Shown here: piece after piece, positions 24,492 through 35,240 of the stretch
Numbering within the stretch: the stretch's first letter is position 1
Layout of the letters: each line of letters starts with the position of its first letter
NCBI GenBank assembly: GCA_977016875.1
Contig: CDRNST010000148.1
Location: 3,844,001-3,908,000, forward strand
Length of the DNA stretch: 64,000 nucleotides
Direction: 5' to 3'
Source: Pavona decussata
Taxonomy: Eukaryota
Notes under the pieces: generated by a model
What the model was told of the DNA's origin: nothing
What the model saw: only the letters and a program-made list of their open reading frames with translations
Databases searched by the model: none
Made by a program: the position numbers and the translations under genes

Positions 24492-27154
24492 GCTGCTAGC
24501 CACGTTCAAGAAAAATAAAGAAGAATATATCATCACTCATTAACTTTATTAGTGCTTGATGAATGACCAGGAATATACCGTTGAAAAGCTGTTACAAGAC
24601 ATAAGTGAGAGACTAAGATGTACAACTTCCTTGTTTGAGGTGAATTTAGATGCCCTCTCCACTGGTTTCCAATCATCCAGTGAAAATATGGAAAGCAAGC
24701 TGACTGTCTTTTACTTCAGGTGCAAGATCTCCGAAGAGAAAAACAATAATTATTGACAAGCCTTACATGACAAGGAACCTGAAATAGCAACTTAATTTCT
24801 TGACACCATGAAGAAGACTTTATTCTGATTTTGAGTACACTTTTCACGCCATTTGTTGGTGTGAGCTTGTTAAAAAGTTTCAATTGTTGTGTTATTCTTA
24901 ATTTATCTGTAATGAATTATTATTAGTTATATTTGTTAACACAATAGGGTTGTTTTTGTCAACATCTGAGTAAGGGAAACAAGTTTTGAAAGAAACTTCC
25001 ATCATCATGTTTTAAAATATTAAAGCGTGTGTTGTTAGCTCAGTTTTACGTATGCCCATATGTATTTCAGTATCTTGCGTAGAAAGGCCAAAAAACTGTA
25101 AGCCAAGTACTAAAAAGGACTTTTTTTCTTTCAGTTTTATTGGTCAATTAATTAATTAACAACAAACTATAAATATGAAAGAAAGAAATGTGGAACGAAA
25201 GACCAAAAGGGTTAGCGCGAACGGGATATGATACCCATGCGAGGCGCAACCCCAACCTAAAAAAAAATCAAGTAAAAATTACAATTGAGAACACTAATAA
25301 AAAACACGAAGATTACGAACGGTGGCACGGGCAGTCACGGGAGAGGAACAAGGTGAAAGGCATGTCTATGTCAAAGGTGATATCTAATAATTGTGGTATC
25401 TACTTCCTTGAAACCACGTTTTACAGGCATGCGAAATCGAGGAAAGGGTACTCTTTGAACATTGGTTAAGCACCGAAAGGCGTGAACAGAATTGAAATGG
25501 AGGAACAAGCTGGGAATCGTACGATTTCATGTTTTCTGCCTGAACCCCTGCAAGAACTTGCTGTTACCACTGTGATTGTTTTTTGGTTCAGTGTATGCAG
25601 ATACAACATCAGGAAATAAAGCACTTCCTTGTTTCCTTATTCAGAATTTTTTAAGGAACATTTGCGGCCTTCTGCGAGAAGTCACTTAAGATTAAACCCA
25701 AGTAACACCCACCCCCCACCCCCAGAGAGTTTGGGGATTTACGTAAGGGTGTCTGATAATGGATTGGTGTCCATACGTTTTTTCCATACTTCTCATTGGT
25801 TACGCCTATTTCTACCGAGTATGCAAAAGGATTCGCGTTTAGAGTGCTGCGACGGTCTGTGATCCAAGATATGGATTCACGCGGGAAGTTAAGAGCGTGT
25901 GAGTGAAGCGTGTAAGAGATACCAGAAGCTACGCCGGATCAATGGATTTCGACAAGAGCCATAATCATGGCTCCTGATTTCGACAAAGGTATCTGGATCG
26001 AGAAACAGCTGCTTGTGACAGTAGTCAGAACAAAGTATAGAGGCTTTCCTTTTTTTCTTTTTCTCAGAGAAAAATGTCGTCTTTATCGGAAGAGCAGTAA
26101 AAGTTTGCATAATCGATCGGTTGATTCGGGAAATGGTTAGAGCTTGGCGGCAATACATTAGAAATGATGAGGCGATTTGTCTGCATCAAGGCCGTTAACT
26201 GTACTTAACCTAAGAGCGAGCCACCGTTAAACGCCTAATTCTGTGTCTTTTGTGGAGAGGGATATCATTAGGCTTCGCTTAACAGCTCCAGTAATTTATT
26301 CGGCTCTTATTAACTGACTAAGGTTTTACAATTTGTACCTTTATTTAACCGATGACAGCGAGAGCGGTCTAGCGTGGCCAACGCGGAGTGCGCGAGCAAT
26401 GGCACAACAGACATGAACTCGTGGATGCAAGGAGAGGGCTTAAAAGAACGTTTATTACAGTGAAACCCTTAGCTTATTATAACAAAATGAAAAGAAACGA
26501 AACGAACTAATACTAAAACAAACGGAATGTTATAAAAACACGTGAACATATAAAAACGGACTATTACAAAAACGGAGTTATAAAAAGCAGGAATGAGTTA
26601 TGTACATGCTTTACAACGGCACAAACTCCACTAACCAGAGCATAACTACCACTGGGGAGCGAGCTACCACAGGTTACTCGAACAACACTCTGCTCCACTC
26701 AAATAAACTGAGCTAAACAACTTGTATTTATACCGGAGTAAGGGGCTATTAACATGATTCCGGAATGAGTTTCATTCCGGAATGAGTTCATTCCATCTCC
26801 ATATATTTCTCTGCATCTGCCCCCCCCCCCCCCCCCCCCACTGAAGCCCTAAATGTAGGCTTGATGACACGGTTCTGCTGGGACCGCGGAACAAATAGAA
26901 TAGATTTCTAGATGTCTCCAGATTTTTGTACTCCGGGGGTTGACAGGTATGAAATTGTGCCCTCGCACAAGTCATTCTGGAATGAGTTAATTCCGGTTTT
27001 CAATCCGAATGAATTTTTCGTTCTGGTATGACATTTCATTCTGGTATCATGTAAAGTGAGAACGAACTTCGTTCCGAGATGAAAAATCGCCTGCGGCGAG
27101 TAGCGCATGCGTATCTTTTTCAAGATGGCGGATATGAAAGTGAAGAAAGATTCG

Positions 27155-28601
27155 TAGTCTGAAATGTCAGCCGTCTCCTCTCCCTAACCCACAGGGGGCG
27201 CGGGAGAGAGAGACGTCTGAATTCCGAGCGTTATAATGTCGTCCGTTGACGTCACGTACTTTTGCGAATATGGTAGGTAGTTTTTGATTGGTTCTTCCCT
27301 AATTGAAATAGATAACCATTTCTTACTGGTCAAACTTGCGAAAACAGATATTTTATTTCGGCGGCGAATATAAAGTGTTGACAGGCCAGACACAACTCGT
27401 AAGTTCCTGGTGAGAAAAGTGACTTCTCGTTTAACGTGGTTTTGCTCTCGCGAGTATATCTCTTAAAAATTTTCCTTTTTGGTATGAGATAAGTGGGAAG
27501 CTCTTTCAATATTTCTCGAGCCGGGTGGTAAGTTGTGAAGATGGGAAGAATTTTATTTCGCACTTTCTCGTTTTGTTGCAAAGCCGACTTCCGTTCAGTG
27601 AATTTAATCTCAGAGGTTATTTTTTTCAATGAGATTGTGTTGATAGCCTCTTGCCTGAAGGCGCGTTTTGAAGTTGGTGGTATTGCAATAGAATAATTTC
27701 ACTGAGTAGTTGGTTCTCAGAAGTCTCAGCGATTCTATAATCATGCGGGAATCTTTGACATTCGCACGCACTTTAAACCTACAGAGACCTTCCAGTACAC
27801 ATTTTTTTTCCTGCCACCCACCGGGGTCAGAAAAGGACTAATAAAAAATAAAGCCCTGAGACTTCTTCGAAACACCTCCTCTGCAAAATCATTCTATTAC
27901 AACATCATCCACTTCAAAACGCACTTTTGGGCTAGAGGCTACCCTCACAATCTCATTGAAAAAATAACCTCCGATTTTCGCTGAACGGAAGTCGGCTTTA
28001 CAACAAAAAGATAAAGTGCGAAACAAAATTCTTTCTTTTGTCATAACTTACCACCCGGCGTTGCCTAACCTCAAAAACATCTTGAGGAGCAAATGACTTT
28101 AAATTCAAAACCAACCATTGCTTCGAGAAATATTCTGGAGGACCTACTCTTATTTCATATATACAAAAAAAAAAAAAAAAACCAGTCAAAAACAGCAAAA
28201 CCATAACGAGAAGTTACATTTCATACCACCATACCACGTTAATATGAGTCGTGTCTGGCCTGTCAACACTTTATTTACTAATAACATTTATCGGAATATT
28301 TTTCAATTCATCTTCGGTGGAAAATGAAGTGCGATCCCGTGCATACTTTCTTAACGCTTTGTCTTCAAATTTTACGGCTCACAAAACGCACACAACCTCC
28401 TACATTATGCATGCTGCAATGCTTCCATGCGCTTCCAGGACTAGTGGCCGCCATTTGGTTTCAATGGTTTTTATTTATGCAAATTTGCATAAATTACTGT
28501 GTGACGTCAACGGACGACATTATAACGCTCGGAATTCAGACGTCTCTCTCTCCCGCGCCCCCTGTGGGTTAGGGAGAGGAGACGGCTGACATTTCAGACT
28601 A
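27155..28601. mobile_element. Non-autonomous TIR element (TAG..CTA ends, 9-bp target duplication; Academ/AcademH-like)
   Basis: ~100-bp perfect TIRs TAGTCTGAAATGTCAGCC...GTTGACGTCAC; target duplication AAAGATTCG at 27146-27154 and 28602-28610. Confidence 0.9.
27770..28150 (+). pseudogene. Penelope-like element RT C-terminal/linker remnant (frameshifted); an inverted partial copy lies at ~27440-27720 (-)
   Basis: Translates as KPTETFQYT..CHPPGVRKGLIKNKALRLLRN..ARGYPHNLIEKI..ERKSALQQK..TYHPALPNLKNIL..IQNQPLLREIF. The minus-strand ORF 27330-27629 contains EIKFTERKSALQQ..LPIFTTYHP. Confidence 0.75.
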
Positions 28602-29638
28602 AAAGATTCGGTTTGTAGATGGAAATGGGACGCAACGAAAACAGAAAATTGCTGGACGTTTTCATTAGCTATAAGAGGCAAAAGTTGGGAGAAGAAGTGG
28701 AATGGGACTCGGATAAAGTAGTGCTGGTCTAGCACGTTCGAAGTGCTTTAGCTGGACAGTGGCCTGGCTGAAGACTTTGGCAAAAGCCATTCCATTAATA
28801 TGCACAACAATGTTTCGTGCAGACTCGCGCCATCTTTGTTTACTGATGCGCGGGAACTTAAACCACGTGAGCCAGAGTCGGTCGATTTGCACATGTGAAT
28901 GCGGCACGAACTTCATTCTGGAACGAAACTCGTTCCGGAATGAGTTTCATTCCGGAATCATGTGAATAGCCCCTAAACACCTACTGCTTATGTGACAGGA
29001 AAAGGATTGTCACAAAACAAACAGAAAGATTACGGCGGCACATACCTGGGACATACCTATATAGCACGTATATGGGTGTACCCTCCCCCCCCCCCCGGGA
29101 TTACATAATAGCTAGCTACGTAAATTTTCATCACACACTACTTGATAATTATAAGATTAAAATAACTGAACGCCCTAATGACCTACTGATGATATCATGC
29201 AATGTTGCTACAAGAAACAGAAAACTGTCTTCTAATCCCATATACAAGGAAACCAAGGCTAGGAAATAGTGAACCTCACCCAAATGTAACACTTCAGCAC
29301 GTGATAAACTAAACCAAACTCACGTCTGCAATAGGTCAATGATAAAAATAAACACTTTAGACTACTAAACGTGAGACGAAAATATTCTACAACGATCTTA
29401 GAAATAATTCAGAAATTGCCTTTGGGAACTGCAAAGTGACTCGGTCACATTTAAAAGTTTTACCGTACACTTACATAGTTCAGAGAAAAATAAGAAATAA
29501 ACAGTATTTTAAGTAGGTGTAGACCAGTCGCGCGCGCTACTCGCGGCTTGCGCTTTGAATATCTTGCGTTCTTCTCCTCGGGTTCTCGAGCAGTCGAAAC
29601 AGTACTCAGCCAGCAGTGCTTTTATGCCCAGCCGAACT

Positions 29639-30208
29639 TTAAGCCACATGCAAATTTTCCATTGGTCTGATCAGGAGTATATCGTCAAAGTCGACGCCTG
29701 GGTTCTGTACCGGGAAATAAGTAAAACGTTGGCATGTGAGGGTGGCGTTTACAGTGTACCGGTCTGCGCCATCTCTAACAGTAGTGCTGCTAAATTGAAC
29801 ATGAGCCACGTACTTTTGCTTGTGATTGAAGATCAACATCTTCAGGAACTCGGGCTTTTGTTGTCCTACTCTTTTTACGTAGTTCTTGTATGTTTCATAT
29901 TCAAAGAGGCAGGCAAAAGCCTCGCGGATCTTTTGAATTTGACGGTCTCGTTGCTGTAGTCCTGGCGGCAGCATATAACAAAGGTGAGTGATCATATTCT
30001 CCCTCACATCAGCTTTGGCCGAGCGGGTAAAGTCGCAAATGCGGTTTTTTTCTCGGTAGTCAAAGGTTCTTTCATGGCATTTGACATAATCTTGGAAATC
30101 AATTTTCCCCCTTTTTAACCCTTTCTTTAAAAAAGCCAGGTTGTCGGAATAGTCAGAAGTCGATTGCGAGTCCTGCCTTGAGCTTACGATTTTTATCATT
30201 CTTCCCAT
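29639..30208 (-). CDS. Uncharacterised 189-aa protein (single coding exon; probable non-coding exon at ~31010-30835)
   Basis: Uninterrupted 570-nt ATG-TAA ORF. Acceptor CCTCTGCAG (exon starts at 30225) lies just upstream of the ATG, and a donor AG|GTGAGA lies at 30835/30834. No family recognised. Confidence 0.6.
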   Translation of the reverse strand: MGRMIKIVSSRQDSQSTSDYSDNLAFLKKGLKRGKIDFQDYVKCHERTFDYREKNRICDFTRSAKADVRENMITHLCYMLPPGLQQRDRQIQKIREAFACLFEYETYKNYVKRVGQQKPEFLKMLIFNHKQKYVAHVQFSSTTVRDGADRYTVNATLTCQRFTYFPVQNPGVDFDDILLIRPMENLHVA

Positions 30209-30261
30209 TCTTCTAAGTACTTGTACTGCAGAGGCCGTGCAGAGGTAGCCCAAGCTCTACG

Positions 30262-30672
30262 TAGACTGCAAGCAATCCCTTTCAGTCGAGATGGTATGCT
30301 TATAGCGCAGAGAGGAGAAATAAACGAGAAGAGACTGAGGGAGAGAAGGAAAAGAAAGGAGTGGAGAATGTTATCTATTAGCTGTCATTTTTAATTGGAT
30401 TTTAATGGGTAATTGTGGGCGGAGTTACTCTGAACGCGTCTGTTACAGCTAAGAGCGCAGTCCCTTTCTTTTCCTTTCCCCTTTTTTCCGCCTCTCCCCA
30501 AGCCCCCTTCCGCTCGTTCGCTCTAGTTATTTTTTTCGCGCTCGGCTATTTCGCGCGACCTCTCGACTAGCCTACGTGTAGCCGTACCCACCCCCCGAAG
30601 AAAAACGGGGGGTGGGTACGGCTACACGTAGGCTACCTCTCGACTATCCAGAAAGGGACTGCTTGCAGTCCA
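30262..30672. mobile_element. TAG..CTA-type MITE with a 9-bp target duplication
   Basis: AGCTCTACG|TAGACTGCAAGCAATCCCTTTC ... GAAAGGGACTGCTTGCAGTCCA|AGCTCTACG. Confidence 0.85.
30568..30635. mobile_element. 68-bp palindromic mini-MITE nested in the previous element
   Basis: CCTCTCGAC|TAGCCTACGTGTAGCCGTACCCACCCCCCG..CGGGGGGTGGGTACGGCTACACGTAGGCTA|CCTCTCGAC. Confidence 0.9.
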
Positions 30673-31214
30673 AGCTCTACGATTTGTGTTGAACTTTGTA
30701 ACGCAAACATAAGCGTCACGTAATTTGAGCATCAAGATGACCGTTGTGTAACAGCGAATTATAAGGGAGAAGAATTATTGTATTTGAAGGCACAATAATA
30801 TAATAGAAGCGATTTTTCATTTAAAATTTCTCACCTTTTGTGTCCTGTGTGGATTTTGGGTCGATTTGAGGCGATTTCAAGGGTTTTCAGTTCCAACAGT
30901 TGGGCGACTTGTGCTGTACCAGGAGCCATAATTCTAGCTGTACTACATGGCACAACAGGACAGTCCAGGAGCCAAGAGAACGAGATTGTAACAAACGAGG
31001 GAGACGGGGACTCGAGATAGTTTTCCAGGGTTTTGAGTTCACAGTGTATGGAATCAATGAGGAATTAAAATATTAACATGCTCTGGAGTAACTCTTTAGG
31101 CAAGCTACAAGTCTGTTAAAACTATCGTTATTTTGTCAGTCTCCACCGAGGACCTGGGTGGGGCAGGGGGGGGGGTATTTCTGGAATTCGTCCCGTCATA
31201 AAAATGGAATTCTC

Positions 31215-31785
31215 GTCAACGGCGAAGACGTTTTCCCTCTATATACTTTAGAAGCGCAAAATTTCGCAGATATCAAAATGTCATTAATTGACAGGGGAAG
31301 TTTCCATCTTTATATCTATTGGAAACGCAAATTTCGCAGCTGCTATTAAAAAAGATTAACGTCAAGATTTTACTTCCGCATATCAGTATACATGAAAGGC
31401 AAATTTTGCAGGAGATCAACGGCGACGTTTTCCTTCTGTCAGTATATATTAGAAGTGCAGATTTTGTAGTTTTGAACTATCAATAACGGCAAAGTTTTCG
31501 TACATATGGAGACAACATAAATTTTGTAGTTATCGAAAAACAATAAAAAAACATTTACGGCAAAATTTGTTTACTTCTGTACATATTTTGGAAACGCAAA
31601 ATTAAACAGCAAAGTTTTCCCTCCATATATGCTAGAGATGCACATTTTGCATTTATAAATTTTATTGGAAAAACGCTAACGGCAAAGTTTTTCCTTCGTA
31701 TATTTTCGAAACGCAAACTGATTTCGCAGTACAATGTTATTGAAATATTAAAATATGATTCCAACGCAGTTTTCCCTTTGTATCG
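31215..31785. repeat. Degenerate tandem array, about 9 units of ~55-80 bp
   Basis: Recurring AACGGCAAAGTTTTCC..TATAT..GAAACGCAAATTT(T/C)GCAG. Confidence 0.7.
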
Positions 31786-33354
31786 GTGAGTATAAAAAAG
31801 AGGAGATTAAACAGTTAAGTTGTACAATTCGAGTAGTTCTTATCGCCAAAATGCAATGGTGCCAGTGAATCATGCAAGACGGCCGGGTAAAGGTCAACCT
31901 CGTTAGGAAATTTAAAAACAGGCCGTACTGTTATACATGTAACATATGCATCCCACGGAAAGTAAGACGGAACTCTGCTTGCAAGCATAAAACGTTTAAC
32001 TTTTATTGACATTTTTTAGAACCTATGGTGGTAATTTGAAAAATCTCTGATTTTTTTGCAAGCTGACTGAACGAAAATTTTCTGAAGCTAGGTAGGATAA
32101 TGTCCAGACGATGAACATTTTGAACTGCAACAAAAATATTATCATAGTACGTCTGTCTGAAGGCTTCATAGGAAAAAAAAAAAAATTAAACCAGTTATTG
32201 ACCTTTGTCCTGGGCAAGCAAATCGCCTCCTCTGAACTGAGCAAATGCGCACGCGACGGAATTAAGTTCTCAAATCATTAATAATTCATAAGAAAAAATG
32301 GAAATCACTAATTATCTTTAACTATGTTAAACGTTTGCTTTGATTTTCTCCAATAATTATGGATGGCTTGAGAAGCTAGTCAACTACTCGAAAGAGTGTT
32401 TCATTCGATTTCCAAACACCTTGAGGCTCGTATGTTTCTCCGGCTTCTCGGTGTTTGGAAATAGGATGGAGCACTCGTACTGCTTTTTATATATTACTTG
32501 AAGGTCAGCATTTGAAATATGGCTGTTTAGTTCTTGCTGTTTGCTGGAGTTTAAAAGCAACTGTCTAAGTCTAAGGACTGAATTTTTTAAAGATACTTAT
32601 ATAATTTCCTTTGCAATTAATAATGAGAAAAAAATTCCAACTTTCAATAACATCTCAAGCCAGAGTATTTTTTTCTGTCAAAAGACAGGAACTGAATACG
32701 TTTTGGCCTGTTTGACGGAGAGGCGATCCTGTGGACAAAATTTTGTTATTTTTCCTCTCAGAAAACAAAAACACACCGTGTATGAGTTTTTAACCCAGGA
32801 AGAGGTTTTCCGTAGTGGCTGCAGCTTAATTTTCGTTAAAATTATAAAATTTTAGTGTCCAGCTTTCAAATCAGTATAATTATTTGTTGACAAGAACATT
32901 ATATTCTGCCGACAGTTTTTTGCGGAAATTTGTATTTTTTTTTGTCATATGATTTAAGCTGATAAAATATCACGTGACAAAACGTCTCGAATGTGTCGTT
33001 CAAAACAAAAACGTCCAACACCACTTGACAAAGATTCCGTGAGGGAATCGAAAGCTCGTGCTTGAACATAAATTTTCGATCCTGAAAAAGAAACCTTTTT
33101 GTTGACATGATATGATAAGATCAAGAAACATTTTTTCTCTCTAACATATGCATATTAATTGTAAATTCAGCGAATTGCTATTGTTTAACCCAGTTTTGAG
33201 GTTAGACAGGTCATTGATGCGCGCGAAATTTCCATTGATAACTGAAACAAAAAGCGCGCGAAAATGAAACGAAGTTAATTGACACCTTTTTAACGCTGTC
33301 AAACGTGCAACCAATCAGCATTCAGATAAACATTTAAACAACCAATAACAATCG

Positions 33355-33374
33355 GGGCATGCTTGGACAAGTTC
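33355..33374. promoter_or_regulatory. Perfect p53-family response element in the putative MDM promoter
   Basis: GGGCATGCTT GGACAAGTTC equals RRRCWWGYYY twice with no spacer. CCAAT boxes (~33311, ~33342) and an ETS-like TTCCGG (~33398) flank it, and a probable 5'UTR exon lies at 33643-33700 (TAG|...|GTGAGT). Confidence 0.75.
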
Positions 33375-35207
33375 ATGTACTCTGTTAAGCCTGTCATTTC
33401 CGGTTTGATCCACATAGCTTCCGTTGCGAGGAAGAAAATTGAGGTTTATACCTAAGCGTGTACTGGTTTTAAAACAAAAATTGGAAAGCACTGACATTTA
33501 GGACGCAAAACATTTGTTGAACTCTTCTATGTGAACTTAGTTTAGCGATCTGTTATGGTTTTGTTTAGTCTACGTCAGATTTTTGCCAAGAAATCCGTCG
33601 AATAAAAAACGGAGATTAAGATAATACGTAGATTCTCCTTAGGTCTTTCTCAGGATCACAGCTTCGGGAACAAGTTTGTGCTGAAAGCAAGAAAATCCAT
33701 GTGAGTTGTGCGGACCGGGTGAAGGACAGGAGAAGTGAGGGTTATGGACGGTGGATTGGTGGAGAAGAAGGCTTGGTAGGCGACTAAACTTATAACTACT
33801 TTGTATTGCTGTTAATTTTTCGTCGGGTTAAAAAATGTTGTTTCATCAAGGGTTCCTGAGTGAGCGAGCTTTCAAATTTCTCTTGAATGGCCGAAGTGTG
33901 TTTATGGAAGCTTAATTGGAGCAAAATTACTATAACTCTCCTGTATATGTAACTTTTCCTTTTCCATCCCAACCTGTTTTGCTCGGGCAAATTTTTTATG
34001 TTCGTTGAATCTTTGAGTACGAAAAATGTGTTGGTTTAACGAACAAGGGTATTTTGTTTTTCAATTTTATCGCACAGTTAACTAATCTCGTTCTTGCTGC
34101 AAACTTCTTTCCGAAATTGCACATTAGAAAGCCATATTGCCATCAAATTTGCTGTAGGATTGACTAATCCCATTCCCAACGCTTCATATCGGCAAGACTT
34201 TTAATTCACGTATTTTACGAGTGCTAAGATTTACAACGATCAAACTAGTTTTGACGTTGAGTATTTTTTCGAACACGAATGGACACATCAATGCAAACAC
34301 GCACGTAGATTAGCTTTGCCTCTGAAAATGTTGGGAAAACTACATGAGCTAGAGAAAAAGTTTTCTATCCTGAAAATTACTCTCAAAAAATTCACGGGTC
34401 AGAGAATATGACCACGTTGAATTCAATTTTTTCCCCATTCAAACCACACAGCGAGTAATATGACGTTATGAAGAAATATGTTTTCTTGTTGGTGGAGTTT
34501 CATTTTCGTTATGATTTTGACAACCTTGTTGGATTTTTGTGACATTGTAGAGCTTGTTAAATGAGACTGTATTTTACTCATCGCGCCACGCGCTTGAAAT
34601 AAATCCCAGACATTATAGCTGAAGCTGTCGATTTGGCCGCCATTAGCTGAAGTGTTAAAGGTCGCTTTCCCACGCTAGACTATAACCCCTATCTAATTTC
34701 GGCGCATTCTTGATTCCTCTTCCTTCTCAGTTACATCAGATTACAAAGCATTTTGTTTACAATTTTTAAAAGGGCTGAACTTCGACAAGGTTAAGCTCTT
34801 TTCTTTTCGATTTTCGTGAAGTGGCTGCAATCCTTCAAATGGATCTTCGCTAATGTTATTGGAAGACAATCTTGGTGACAGTCTCTCTTATTCTCTGTTT
34901 TTACTTTGTTACTTGTCGATCTTGGTGTTCTTGGCAATGAAACACAGAAAAATTCAGTATATTGAGTTCCAAAGTTGTAGTATTCATTTTTTGCTGAAAA
35001 TGAACGCTTTGTAACAATACCCCAGGCCTCGTGTTATTAGCATTTTGCAAATACTCTTGTTTACCATGTCGACCTCAGTGAAAACCCGATGCGTTCGATT
35101 TTCTGCAAAAAGAAAAGCGCCAAGTTGGATTTGGAAGTGAAATACAAGAAAGAAATGACGATCGGGCATTGCATTCTTCCGAGATTACTGCGAAGTATTG
35201 ATATTTG

Positions 35208-35240
35208 TAGCAAGTCGAGGCCTGTCTTATAAACATGTCT
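35208..35240. promoter_or_regulatory. Second p53 half-site cluster upstream of the MDM coding exons
   Basis: TAGCAAGTCG (8/10), AGGCCTGTCT (9/10), 3-nt spacer, AAACATGTCT (10/10). Confidence 0.5.

Larger units (their letters stand above)
26742..28973. mobile_element. PIF/Harbinger-type MITE, interrupted by a nested element
   Basis: TAA|GGGGCTATTAACATGATTCCGGAATGA ... TCATTCCGGAATCATGTGAATAGCCCC|TAA (3-bp TAA target duplication). Confidence 0.85.

Noticed and set aside
26353-29040. Complete solo LTR
   Set aside because: TATA and polyA signals and TG/CA ends are present, but no target duplication was found. Kept only as LTR-like.
29555-29959. 134-aa + strand ORF
   Set aside because: It is an antisense shadow of the longer minus-strand ORF and has a non-ATG start.
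31215-31785. CRISPR array
   Set aside because: The context is eukaryotic, the repeats are highly degenerate, the linkers are short and A-rich, and no cas genes are present.
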